Origin: Azolla caroliniana
Taxonomy: Eukaryota; Plantae; Polypodiophyta
Direction of reading: 5' to 3'
DNA: 64,000 nucleotides
NCBI GenBank assembly: GCA_043228905.1
Contig: JBHGNT010000010.1
Coordinates: 4,216,001 to 4,280,000 of the forward strand
Shown here: piece by piece, positions 1 to 18,476 of the stretch
Position numbering within the stretch: position 1 is the stretch's first letter
Layout: each line of letters opens with the position of its first letter
Notes under the pieces: model-generated
Told to the model about the DNA's origin: nothing
What the model saw: only the letters and a program-made list of their open reading frames with translations
Database searches by the model: none
Program-made: the position numbers and the translations under genes

Positions 1-212
1 GGTGCCTAGACAGTCCTGCACATACGGAGGCATAAGCTTTGAAACAAAATATGGACAGATGAAGTTGATATAAGAAGAGACTACCATATATAAATATGGT
101 GCCTCGACAATCAATCATGCACATATGGAGGCGTAAGCTTTGAAACAAATTGCAGATAGATGAAGTCGATATAAGAAGAGACTCACATATATAAATTTGG
201 TACCAAAACAAT
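1..212. repeat. Tandem repeat, ~100-bp unit, 2 copies plus start of a third (cut by window edge)
   Basis: ggtgcct..gaca...aagctttgaaacaaa...gatataagaagagact..catatataaat recurs at 1-97 and 98-198; the third copy starts ggtacc at 199. Confidence 0.8.
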
Positions 213-1120
213 GGTGCGTAGAGGGAGGCATCATGTTCGTCATTTGATTGGCTTTTTATGACATGAGGCTAAGTATGTGCATTGATTATGCATCTATTTG
301 ATAGAGATGTCATGGGAACCCTAATTGATTTTGTGGTGAGTCGACAAGAGAGTCTATTTTATCGATTGTAATTAATACATTACTATTTACAGAGAGAGAG
401 GACCTCTACATTCCATTGTGGCATGAAAGAGGCGTGCTTGTTGAGCCTTAAACACAAAGTAATAACTGACCACGTTCACCAAGGGAAGCTAGTTAGTAAA
501 GAGAGAAAAGGAGTATCATCTTCGGATGTCAAACATGACCTTATCAATTCCTAAACTCTATCATTTTCACATAATACATGTGAATGTGACCACTGACTCT
601 CAATATTCAAAAACTTTATGAATGAATGTCCCAATGAAGAGTACATGGTATGATTGTGAGAGAAATTCATGCAAGGATTGGATTTGGTCGAAGATGTGTG
701 GAAAGTGATCAAAGGCAGAGAGCATTGTATCAAAGTGTGATACTCATACTCTTGAACTTGTTTAGGATTTCTCTCATTACTTGTGCCCCAACGTTTTGTC
801 TCACATCATAATGAATATGATCTAAGTTGCATGGAAACAATAGTTTGGATAGCAAACAACAAGAGAGCCTCTGACATGTATCTATGGGTACAATTTCCCT
901 ATTCGATGAAAAATATGGCTTTGTAGTTAGGTGCAACATATGTCATCTAACACATGAAGTGTGAGCCTCCACATCTTTCCTATGTCATGATTCATTGGCA
1001 TTGTGAAAAGGCCTCATTCATTGAGGAATCTATTCATGCATCACGACATAAGTGTGTCGCATTCTAATTTTTCCATATCTTGCATGCAACCAGAACACAA
1101 AACTTTGTTTGTTTGTTTTG

Positions 1121-1147
1121 CGTGCGTGCGTGTGCGTGTGTGTGTGC

Positions 1148-1198
<51 letters not shown>
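1121..1198. repeat. Compound (TG)n(AG)n microsatellite
   Basis: Directly visible. Confidence 0.95.
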
Positions 1199-1201
<3 letters not shown>

Positions 1202-1203
1202 AG

Positions 1204-1275
1204 ATGGATGTAGCTCAGTTGGTAAGGTTGCCCAATGGAGACCAGGTGGTCATGAGTTCAACCCCTACATTCCAC
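1204..1275 (+). mobile_element. tRNA-derived SINE head / degenerate tRNA pseudogene
   Basis: A box TAGCTCAGTTGG at 1211 and B box GAGTTCAACCC with TTC at 1257 (46 nt later, the T8-T54 spacing of a tRNA); stems do not pair well, so not a functional tRNA. Confidence 0.65.
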
Positions 1276-1329
1276 AGTGGCATCTAGTGAAATAGAGATA
1301 TATATGAAGTATATAATAGAGAGGCGAGA

Positions 1330-1396
1330 AAATTGGGTTTCGAACCCAAGACACAATGCTTGTAGTGTTATCGACTTACCACTAGGGTAAGCTAAT
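1330..1396 (-). mobile_element. Second tRNA-derived SINE head, convergent with the first
   Basis: Minus strand reads TACCCTAGTGGTAAG ... TTGGGTTCGAAACCCA (A-box-like and B box) at tRNA spacing. Confidence 0.5.
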
Positions 1397-2528
1397 TACA
1401 AGAGAGAGAGAGAGAGATGGCATCCATGTGAGTATTTCCACCTAGAGGATTCTATAAATACGTTGGATGCATCCCCTTAGGTAGTTCCATCTATGAAGTA
1501 ATGGCAACAATACAACCTATTTTGGAAGGAAGAGGAAGATGGGTCATCGTGATGTGGCTACTAGACTAAATTCATAGACTAATACATCGTGATGTGGCAC
1601 ATGATATACAACATGATCTCGTCTAGTTCCTCTAGTATGAAGAAGACATACACCAAAGGCCCAAGGATTTCTCTCTTAAGATAAAATTGTGTCATGCCTT
1701 CCTACGTTTTTTGATCATTTATATTGTACAATGTAGACCACATGTAGAGCTCGAAAGGATTTTGAAAGTAAGCATTAATATTGAATTGAGGTGGAATGCA
1801 ACTTTTTCAGTCATGTGGCTTGTTACACAACATTGCACTGGATATACAACAATTGTGTAATTATTGTGAGTTTGGCTTTATAACATGACTCATACATCGA
1901 TCATTATAGCTTTTTGTCAAACAATCACAAATTTCACAAAATCAAATTTACACTCGTATTAATTAACCTTTGATTCTAATTATTTGCATGATCAAACCTT
2001 TTATTGTGCCACAACTAAATATTACTCGTATACAATGCATGCAAACAATTTTGCTTTATATATCATCCAATACCAACATGTAATCAACATTATTTCGCGT
2101 GGCAACAACTTTAGTATGAATAGTTTCACAACCATCATTTGCGAAAATGCATTCAACTGTTGCTCAAAAAGTCAAGAAGCAATTGATAGTAATTTTTCGA
2201 TAAAGTTCTTTGTGTAACGCCATGTATCTTTTAAAATTTGAAGTATATAATCCAGTCATTAATGTTCCACATCACCTCTCTTGGTCATAGACGCATGTAT
2301 ATCGTTTCTCGTGCTTATTTGCTTAGATACAACAATGTTATTAGTTGCTCAATGAAAGACAATATTATTTGTAAATGTATGGCAATAACACTTTGAATCA
2401 TGTACCATGCATCAATCATATTTTTAAATCTAGCTGCAATAAATGAATTTTCATCATTGTCTCCAATGTATCTATAATGAGGATCATGATATTTTACCAT
2501 GTTTTAATGTAAAATTTCATTTTGACAA

Positions 2529-2959
2529 TGTTATATTTACAAAACTTAAGTAAAGGGTACCAATGTGATTCAATAGAGGGAATGATATGTGCATGCACTA
2601 TCATGATCTTCACGAATCACTACCAATGATGGAGAGTCCTTTAAAAATGCACACCTACTCAAGGGGCTTGGGAAGATGTATAAATATGAGGCCTACCTAC
2701 AGGCTACGACCATAAAGACATTACATTAGAATGTTGAAGTAGTGTGAGACATTGGTGGCATGGGCTAGGCATTTAATCATGACAATAGCGTTACCTCTTC
2801 CAATGTACTAGTCATCATAATATCCAGGAGTATGGGACATTAGTAGTAGGTTGCCTATGTCTTAGCTCGAGGGTGGTTAGGAGGATCGTGTTACTCTACT
2901 AATCTATTAACCTTTTTTTACTTCAATTTGGTTTATTCTTTAGTGTGAGATTCTTAACA
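2529..2959 (+). mobile_element. Degenerate LTR (same family as solo LTR 32821-33296)
   Basis: TGTTA...TAACA termini; shares aagggtac.aatgtgatt, tggagagtc.ttt.aaa, tataaatatgaggc, tagtcatc.taatatcc and gtaggttg.ctatgtc blocks with the 32.8-33.8 kb copies; no TSD seen. Confidence 0.6.
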
Positions 2960-3576
2960 ACTCCCAAATGGATTGATAGGCTTTCATTGATTTCAATGCT
3001 TGATCCTACTTCTTGCTTACCTCCTTTCATTTACTTTGATGCTCGGTTTTAATTCTTACTCACAAAGTTGGTGATGAACTCTTCTTTCAAATGTGCAAAA
3101 TCATTTGACATTTCATTGGGAAGATTTTGGAATTGAACACCCTGTGTGTAGCATGGACCCAAATGTAGCTACCCATGCCATATCTATTACAGGCTCATTA
3201 GCCATGATAATTTGTTTGCAACACTTTACATCGTGTTACTCTACTAATCTATTAACCTTTTTTTACTTCAATTTGGTTTATTCTTTAGTGTGAGATTCTT
3301 AACAACTCCCAAATGGATTGATAGGCTTTCATTGATTTCAATGCTTGATCCTACTTCTTGCTTACCTCCTTTCATTTACTTTGATGCTCGGTTTTAATTC
3401 TTACTCACAAAGTTGGTGATGAACTCTTCTTTCAAATGTGCAAAATCATTTGACATTTCATTGGGAAGATTTTGGAATTGAACACCCTGTGTGTAGCATG
3501 GACCCAAATGTAGCTACCCATGCCATATCTATTACGGGTTCATTAGCCATGATAATTTGTTTGCAACACTTTACAT
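2885..3576. repeat. Near-perfect 345-bp tandem duplication
   Basis: 2885-3229 repeated at 3230-3576 (ORFs 3093 and 3438 start identically, offset 345); two substitutions seen. Confidence 0.95.
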
Positions 3577-4933
3577 GGTCATATAATATTTTGTCTATAG
3601 ATGTTTCTAAATTCTCACTTCAAAACTTGTTTGTTCTATATGCAATGTTTTTCAATCCATTTTCTTGACCGATTCCCATGAGCAAAATCTACAACCTAGT
3701 TGTGTTTTCTTTATACAAGCTCCAAATAAACTTCCACGTGGAACCAATACATGTTTGGGAGAGAAAGTCACTCTTGTATTGCTTATTAAGAGAAAGGAGA
3801 TACTATGTGAGTATAGATTAACACAAAACAATGAGCTTATTAGAACAATTCCATCATGCACTATTTGTTGATAATGTTTTTTGATTCCCATGTAAGATTT
3901 TAGCAATTTTTGAACATTCATTCTCTTTAAGAAGCGTTTCAAATAGTGACAAGCTAACTTGATTTAGAGACACATATGAGAAAACAAGAGTGCATTGCTT
4001 TGCCAAATTTATTCTCAATTTCAATATGGATGGTTCAAATGTGGACAAGAATGCTTTCTAATCATAATAGTGAAATCTTATGTTGCCTCTCAAGATTCAC
4101 CCATGGAAATACAAGTCATGAAGCACAAATAATGCTTGTGCCTCTGATAAGAAGAATTCACACAAAACCCAAGGACTTCAAAGGTAATTATGATAGCACT
4201 TTTGTAGGTGTGGAATGGTTTGATATGTACATATTAGATACACAATGAAATGAAATTCTCCATATGGATATATTTGCAAGCATTGCTTACACATCATTAC
4301 GAAAAAATCATGTCTCTTTCATTCGTGTAATATCCATTATACTAAAACACCTTGAATAGACAAACATTACCATCACTCATGAATCATGTATGACCCTGGG
4401 GAAAAATCAAGAGGCATGAAACGCATATATATATAGATGCAACAACAACTTTCCACTTTTGAAGATGCAACAACAACTTTCCACTTTTGAAACTTGGTAC
4501 TGATCCGTGGAATTGACAATACCTCTTTTACATATTTGCTATCAAAGAAGAACACTATTTGAAACTAATGGTTTTATGCATTTATAGAGAAATTGTGTTA
4601 TTATTACAAAAATGTTTTCCCAGTATTGGTAGACAGACGAAAACTACTCAACGAAGAAGTCTATTTAAGGTTTCGAACCACGTTAATGTGTGAATCCAGT
4701 GTACATGTTTGCTCTAAGCTAATCTTTGAGAGTCCCCTCCTAAATGAAGGGTATATACACATTTGTTTTCAGCTATGAAACATGAGTGCGACAATGTCAC
4801 CAACATAACTACTAGGGATAATTCATTAAATTCTGGCTAAATAAGGTTGGGCATTGAAGAATATAGATCAAAGACATTGCCTTTAAAGGTACAGGAGATG
4901 GCAGAGTTTTACAACGTTCTCTCCAATTATATA

Positions 4934-10423
<5,490 letters not shown>

Positions 10424-10807
10424 GGTGATGGAGATGAAGATTCAGAGTATGATGAAGAAAATGAGGATGAAGATGGAGATGGAGATGGAGATGGAGACGG
10501 AGATGGAGATGGAGATAGAGATGGAGAAATCAGGTGATCCAAAGAATTGAATACGGCCAAGCAGACACTGCAGCAATCCACCATGGATGAACAAATGAGC
10601 AGCAGAAGCTTGTAGAGTTATAATGATTGGGGAGGAGGAGTATTGGAGAGTTCACAGGGGCAAGAAGAAGAAATCAGAGAAGAAGAAGACAGAAGAAGAA
10701 AGAATGGACAGGGAAGCAATCATCTAGAAGAAGAAGAAGAAGAAGAAGAAGAAGAAGGCTCAAGATCATACACATAAATTGCTTGTATTATTTACATCTG
10801 TATTTAT

Positions 10808-10834
10808 GTACATATGTATACATGTATGTACATA

Positions 10835-10871
<37 letters not shown>

Positions 10872-10932
10872 ATACATGTATGTACATATGTGTGTGTGTG
10901 TGTGTGTATGTATGTATACATGTATGTACATA

Positions 10933-10965
<33 letters not shown>

Positions 10966-11005
10966 ATGTATGTATGTATGTATGTATGTATGTATGTATG
11001 TATGT
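10808..11005. repeat. Compound (TG)n/(TATG)n microsatellite with a 3x higher-order unit, upstream of the SDR gene
   Basis: tatacatgtatgtacatatg(tg)n(tatg)n block repeated three times; a (GAA)n run lies at ~10727-10756. Confidence 0.95.
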
Positions 11006-11734
11006 CTTGGTTGCCGAACAATAAGCCCGGACATCCGCAGCCTGGGTTGCCAGGAATCCTAGACTATACATTCGTGGACATCCATAGATGAGCAGGTGGG
11101 AAGCCTAGACTATACATCCACGGACATCTATAGCATTTGGTAAAGCCAGGACAATACGTCCTCCAGGCAGCCAGGTAGCCCGGACGATGCGGATTTTCTT
11201 TTGCCTTCACCTTCGCCGCTACCTATGAAAACAAAGCTATTACACGTTTCGGGAGAGTATCGCGTCGAATTATACTCATTTTTTTGCTACTCCTGCAATG
11301 CCCTTAAGTGTGTTGTCATTTTGACACACACATCCACCCTCTCTCAACTCGAGTGATTATTATACATATACATATATATATATATATATATATATGTACA
11401 TGTGTGTGTGTGTGTGTGTGTGTGTGCGTGCACGTGCGCTAATACGTATAATCAAAACCATCTCCTTCTCGCCACTTATGCTTTGGGGCAATCGGCAAAC
11501 TTTGGGGTGTAAAAAGAAAGCATGTACTTTAGACATGGAAGACCCTCATTTATCGACAAGATTTCGAAATGTTGTGGAAGTGTAATGCCATCTTGCCCTC
11601 ATGATGCTCTAGTTAGCCTCCTTTTGATTCTAAAGGTTCACTTGGAACAAAGGTCCCTCGGGTGATAACCAAAGTAGTGACATGAGAATGCTTAATGGAC
11701 AAATTATCTTTGTGTTGTTGAGAAAACTCTTCAA

Positions 11735-11889
11735 TGTTCAAGGCAAATGGATGTCATCTTGTATCTTATATAAGTTTCTAGACGATTCTTACTGCTACCA
11801 ACATTGGAAATGTTCAAAGGAGATGGATGTCACCCCCTATCTTATATAAGTTTCTAGAAGGTTCTTATTGCCACCAACATTGGAAATGG
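11735..11889. repeat. ~77-bp tandem duplication
   Basis: atggatgtca....tatcttatataagtttctaga...ttctta.tgc.accaacattggaaatg occurs twice. Confidence 0.8.
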
Positions 11890-12991
11890 ACGATTCTTAA
11901 TGTTATGTTACTAAGAACATTTTAGTCCATTCTAGGAGTGTTAATCTTGGCCTCTATTTGTTATGACTTTCCTATTCACCTTCTAGAAACTTTTAGGTGG
12001 TTCTCTTTAACGGCCAATTGTTCATACTCTACCCACATGTTTTGTTATCAAGGAGATTCTCGGCCTTCATGTCCCAACCGGTGGTGACTACTCATGGTGT
12101 TAACTGTACTATAGGAAACCACATAAAGATAATAATGATGATATTAATAATAAAACTTCAATGTTTTAAACTTACTCCTTACACATTCTTATAAAAGGAA
12201 CAAAATGTGACCTAAATTACATAAATATTCTAATATTGTCCTATAAATATACATATGTGATACTTCTCATAAGTGATGACGGGGAAAATAGATTGGTTCA
12301 GACAATGTTTGCCTTTCAAGTAGTTGGACGGCTTATCGAGTGTGAGAAATGACACATTCGCTTCCATTTGCAAAAGACAAAATTCAATCCACATGGAATC
12401 GATAGACAAATGCAAGTCTTCTGTCTGAATGATTACACCAACTTCAACCATGTTTTTTAGGTAAAACAAAAATATGAATCACTCTTTAGTATTTGTCAAA
12501 CATAACCCTACCATTAAGTAGATGATTTCAAGGGTTCATTATTGCTTATCATTTCCTAATCAAATTCATAAAGAGTGATAGTGGTACAAATATTTTAGAT
12601 GAAGCATGAATTCAACATTAGTAAGATAACTATCTACCAAATCATTTTGTTGAGCGGCAAGCTCAACTGGAGCTGGATCGGCTGAATAAGCCGGAGCCGG
12701 TAAGCGAGACGGATCGGGCGAAACGGATCGGTATTACGGTGAGCAACCGAACCGGCAAGCAGTGGAGGCCGGGTGCAATGGTTCTCCTTTCTAGAGAAAC
12801 CGGATCAACCAAGAGTAGTCGAAACTGGAGACGACACTCCTCACCCAATCGTGCACGTCGGAGAAGTCCCTCTAAGCCACGTCGGACAGAAAGGGAAGCT
12901 GATGAACGTATTACACGTTCCGACAATCACGAAGAACCTGGTGTCCGTCGGTCAGATTGTCGACCAGGGGATGTAGGTGCGGTTTACGCAC

Positions 12992-15900
12992 TGTTGGGAA
13001 ACAAGGTCGTCTATGCGGAAGATCAAGAAGCATTCGATTGCTGTTGAGTACCTGCGTATGACAGTTTGTATGTCGTTGCACAGAGAGAGAGAGAGAGACA
13101 GAGAGGCACAAAAAACTTTCTCATTCCATAAAGCAATAATACAACACCCAACCTTACAAAAAGGTTACAAGGTCAATATATATAGTGACCGACTTAGGGC
13201 AACTACCCTTTATGCTAATTACATAAATGGCCAAAACGGGATAGTGTGAATACGTCCATTATACACATGTATTCGACACTCCCCCGTAATGGGCGTATAC
13301 ATGGGTTATCTAAGATTACAGGTATAGACTTAGGTTCTCGGACATATCAGCTTTATTCGAGTCGGCAGGGTCCGAAGGTAGAAGACCGAACTGGTCGGGT
13401 CGGAACAGTTGAAGCCGATCATTAAGGAACTGATGTCGGTTGTCGGGAACCATCCTGCTCTGTGTCCGGCCCTAACCGGACTAGTTTGTCGTTACGCCCA
13501 TCTGATGCCGAAGAGACCGAAAGCGGTCTGCCGAAAGACACTTGGTCATTCCATCTACGACATTGTCGGTTGTGGATATTTTCTCTAGACCGATTTTCCC
13601 TGAAATGACGCAGTCCCGAACGAAGTGATATCGAACGTCGATATGTTTGGAGGCGTTGTGGTGAACCGGATTTTTCGACAAGGCAACAGCACCTTGACTG
13701 TCGCTGTAGACAACTGGAGCCGAGTCATGGTCGACTTGTCGAAACGTGTGCGCCAGCCGACCGAGCCACAAAGCTTCTTTTGCTGCGTCGGACGCAGCTA
13801 CATATTCTGCTTCGGTCGTTGAGGTCGCTGTGCACTCCTGAAGTTTCGACTTCCACGAGATTGCTCCATTGCCGAATTTGAAGCAGTATCCGGTTGTTGA
13901 TTTCCGACTGTCTATACAGCCGGCGAAATCCGAGTCGGTGTAACCGACTACGCCTGAGGTTCGGTTCGGACCGAAAAGAATGTCGTGGTCTTTTGTGCCA
14001 GCCAGATATCTGAACACATGCTTGACTGCGTTCCAATGCGATCGGCTGGGATTGTGCATAAATCTGCTAACGACTCCTACGACGTGAGAAATATCAGGCC
14101 GTGTCGCGACCATCAGGTACATAAGGGAGCCGACTGCCGGTGCATACGGTACCGACTTCATATCTTCCCCCTCCGGACCGGATGTCGGGCAATCTCGCTG
14201 AGAGAGCCGAAGATTCATGGGGAGCGGGGTTGAAGCAGATTTGGCTGATTGCATGTTGAAGCGTTCTAAGACACGTCGGATATAGTCGGTCTGAGACAAA
14301 AAAAGATGTCGTTTATCGCGATGCCGACTAATCTTCATGCCAAGGATGTGTCGTGCCGGACCGAGGTCCTTCATGGCAAACTTCAACCGCAGTTGCCGAA
14401 TGAGATCGGCAAGTTCGCCCGCGTGGCGTCCAGAGATTAGCATGTCGTCCACGTAAATGATGAGGAAGATGGGTGATCCATCTTGAGCTGTGTTGGTGAA
14501 AAGACAATGGTCCTCATCGCTTTTTGAGAAGCCGATCGATTGGATGAAGTCGTCGAACTTCTTGTACCATTGTCGTGGTGCCTGTTTGAGGCCGTATAGA
14601 CTCTTCCTGAGTCGGCAGACTAGATGTTCTTGGCCAGTCGCCACGAAGCCTTTTGGCTGCTCCATATAAATTTCCTCGTCAAGATCACCATGGAGGAAGG
14701 CTGTTTTGACATCTAGCTGAATCAGCTCCAAGTTGTCGGCTGCCACTACGCCGAGTAGGAAACGAAGGGTTGTCATTTTCACCACTGGTGAAAAAATCTC
14801 GTCGAAGTCGACGCCATATTCCTGTCGGAAGCCCTTCGCAACTAATCTGGCCTTGTACTTTGGGGTGGTCGAATCAGACGTCTCTTTTAGTCGATAAACC
14901 CACTTGCAAGGAAGAGCACGTCGGTTCCTAGGTAATTCGACCAGATCCCAAGTTTTGTTTGCCCGAATGGAGTGCATTTCCGACTCCATCGCCAGATGCC
15001 AGGTGGCGGAATCGACAGATGTCGATGCTTCTTCGTAAGACGTCGGTTCGCCGGCGTCGGTGAAGAAGATTCCAGGAGAGTACCTCTCCGGAGGTTGCGA
15101 CAGTCTCTCGGATCGTCGAGGTATGATTGGACTGGTCGCATCGGGTATCGAGGTCGGATGGTCCGAAAGCGGATTGTTCTGCTGTGCCGAGTCGGAGTTG
15201 TCCGAGTCGGTAGTGTAAGGTTCAGCTACCCGTGAAGCTGACCGTGTGTTGAGAGCGGGGCCTTCTTGAAGGGTCGGCACATCGGAAAACGTTACCCTTC
15301 GGACTTCGATCAGTTTTTCGACTGATGGATTCATAGCCGACTCGTTGAACACAACGTCCGAACTTCGAACGATTTGCCTGCGTTCGGGGTCCCAGAGTCG
15401 GTATCCCATTTCGCCGCCGGATCCATATCCAAGGAAAATGCATTTCCTGGACCGAGGTGCAAGTTTTCGGCAATCATCTTTCGGAATAAGGGCGTACGCC
15501 TCGCATCCGAAGATCCTCAGCTTGTCGTAATTCGGCTTACTGCCGATCCATAGTTCCTGAGGAATTTGAAGTCCTAGAGGTCTACTTGGCGACATATTGA
15601 TTATGTGTACTGCCGTGAGTAGAGCCTCTGCCCAGAAGCCATCCGACAGTCCGGAGTGTTGGAGCATGGAAACTATCCGTTCTTGGATTGTCCGATTCAT
15701 GCGTTCGGCAATCCCGTTTTGCTCCGGGCTGTGTGGTGCCGTAAATTCACGTCGGATGCCGCGTTGTCGGCAGAATTTGACGAATTCTTCTGATTTGAAC
15801 TCTCCCCCATTGTCGGTCCGAAAGCATTTCAGTTTTCAGTCGGTTTGATTTTCTACCATAGCGAGCCAATCGGAGAAGATCGAGAAGACCCGATCTTTGG

Positions 15901-18471
15901 TGCGAATTGGATAAGCCCACACCTTTCGAGTCGAATCGTCAATAAAAGTGACGAAGTAAGAGGCACCGCCTAGAGACTGATGCGGCATTGGGCCACAGAC
16001 GTCCGAGTGGACCAAATCGAGAGGTCTCGTTTCTCTTGGTGCTGATGTCGGGTGTGATGCGGCTGCTTGTTTGCCATACTGGCAATGCTCGCAAAATTGA
16101 TGGTCGGAGAAGGAGAGTTTGGGGATGTATCCGGCTCTAGATAGGTGCGTGATGCCGGCCTTGCTGAGGTGTCCTAATCTTCGGTGCCATAGTGATGACA
16201 CAGGAATATCCACCAAAAACAGGTTACCCTCTTTGAGCGTAACATGTAACGGATACAGGGAGTGTATCTTGGGTCCTCTAGCAAGCAGGAGGTTCCCCCT
16301 GTGGAGTGTCCACCCTCCCGAAGAAAAACCGGCACGAATGCCGTCTTCATCTAGTTGTCCGACTGAGATCAATGGCCTTGAGAGCTCGGGTACATGTCGG
16401 ACATTGTGGAGTACAAGTGTAGAGCCACCTGCAAGGTTGAGCTCTACTGTGCCGATTCCGATGATGTCACAGTGTTGTGAGTTGCCGACTCGAACTGAGT
16501 CGGAGTGACGGATCGTATATTGCCGGAATTGGGATCGATGAGGAGTCACGTGAAATGACGCGCCCGAATCTAAGAGCCATGTGCTCGATTCTTCAGTCGT
16601 GAGTAGAACTTCTGATCCGACTGGATTTTCGATTGATAGTATATTCGGGTCGTCCGGTAGTACATCAACTGAGAAACTGACGTAATTGATCTCCTCATGC
16701 CGGCCACTCTTCTTGTTGTTCTTGTTCTTGAGTGCGCGGCAGTCTGCTTTGATGTGTCCGGGTTTCTTGCAATAGTTGCAGATTCGGTTATCCCGTGACT
16801 GGCTCCGTCTTCGCTGATTGCTCGGCGGTCGTGAGGAATCTCTTCCTCGTATGTTCGATCGGTCTGTCGAACCTTGTACTACGTAAGCGTCGTCTGTTGA
16901 GTCTTTGGCGAAAGACTTTCTCCGAGCTGCTTCGGTCAGGATTGCGCTCGTGACTTCGGAGTATTTAACAGCCGTGGTTGACGCGTTGCACACGGTTGTG
17001 ACGAAAGTTTCCCATGATGAGGGAAGGCTGCTCATGAGTATCATTGCTCTGAGTTCATCCTCGATTGCCGTCCCCTGTGACGAGATTTGGGAGCTTATGC
17101 TTTCGTACTCATTGAGGTGTGCTTGAACCGAATCGGATTCTTTCATCCGCAAGTTGTAGAGGCGCCGGATCAGAAACATCTTCGTTGCGGCGACCTTCTT
17201 TTCGTAAGTGTCCGACAGTGTTTTCCACAGTTCGAATGCTGTCGTACATGATTGCACCGTAAAGTATACCGATTCCGATAGGTGCATCCGAATCGTGGCG
17301 CGGACAATTCTGTCCAGCTTCTGCCACTCAATTGGTTTGTATCCTTCTGGAGGTTCTTCATTTTCGATGGGATCGATTTGCCCCTTGACTATGAGATAGT
17401 CCTGCATTTGCTCCTTCCAGAAGTTGAAGTTCGATCCATCGAACTTTCGTAGACTCATTTCTGACGAGCCGGATGTTGATGCCATCAAATTTGGTTTCGG
17501 TTAACGAAGCTCGGTTCGGAGTTGACTACGAACCTTGTTGGAGTGCAGCCGGTTGGCTCACCCGATATCGTTCTAGTCGGATTTGAACCTGAGTCGGTTC
17601 GGCTTCGAATATATGTATTGTTGAACTTGCTCGAATTGACTCCGGTAACTTGAGGGACAGAACCGACTGGTCTTCCCGAATGGTTCCGAGTCGAAGTGAG
17701 CCCGGTTCGCTTCGGATATATATACCGAATACCGATTATTGAAACCGATTATCTGGACCGATTCGGCTTCGGGTGACTGCAGCGACGAGAGAGATGGATC
17801 CAACTGATCCTCTCGAATGTCGATCAGCCGGATGAAGCACGAATTTGGGGTTGTTGTCTTGAGACCGATCTGCACCGAGTGGTTACAACGAGCGGCGAGC
17901 AGCGTTTAATGACCTTTTCGGATGCCGTTTAACCGAGTGGAGCACGATCGTGTCAATGATGCACAAGGGGATTTCACCTCGAGCGGTTACGATCACAAGG
18001 AACAGAGTACAACCTGATGGCTTACTCCAAGCAAGAGGATCTAACGCGATGAGGTGCAAACCTCGTTTTTGTTCTTCTTCTCTCTTTCTTCGAATGACGC
18101 GAATACTGTGCAGGCCGTGATGAAGTGAAGAACCGAATGCTGTGCAGGCGGTGATGACGGCCGAACCTCTGCTCTGATACCAGATGTTGGGAAACAAGGT
18201 CGTCTATGCGGAAGATCAAGAAGCATTCGATTGCTGTTGAGTACCTGCGTATGACAGTTTGTATGTCGTTGCACAGAGAGAGAGAGAGAGACAGAGAGGC
18301 ACAAAAAACTTTCTCATTCCATAAAGCAATAATACAACACCCAACCTTACAAAAAGGTTACAAGGTCAATATATATAGTGACCGACTTAGGGCAACTACC
18401 CTTTATGCTAATTACATAAATGGCCAAAACGGGATAGTGTGAATACGTCCATTATACACATGTATTCGACA
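12992..18471 (-). mobile_element. Full-length Ty1/Copia LTR retrotransposon B, nested in A
   Basis: 287-bp LTRs 12992-13278 and 18185-18471 appear identical; TSD CGCAC; PBS TGGTATCAGAGC (tRNA-iMet) at 18171-18182 on minus; PPT next to 13279. Confidence 0.97.
13481..17488 (-). pseudogene. Copia B gag-pol (Gag, zinc knuckle, PR, IN, RT, RNase H), ~1335 codons with one in-frame stop
   Basis: CNYCKKPGHIKADC, WLLDSGAS, LWHRRLGH..CEHC, VHSDVCGP, QLDVKTAFLHG, YVDDML, YTDSDFAG, KHIDVRYHF. The 550-aa and 739-aa ORFs share a frame, separated by TGA at 15836-38 (GAC TGA AAA CTG; probably CGA originally). Confidence 0.93.
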
Positions 18472-18476
18472 CGCAC

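Noticed and set aside
1204-1275. Functional tRNA gene
   Set aside because: Acceptor, anticodon and T stems do not pair.
440-4600. Possible decayed DNA-transposon (CACTA-like) coding remnants on the minus strand
   Set aside because: Only vague peptide fragments; no termini or diagnostic motif could be confirmed by eye.
10627-11091. Several ORFs of 76-154 aa (HTYI/CVCM repeats)
   Set aside because: Translations of TG/TATG/GAA microsatellites.
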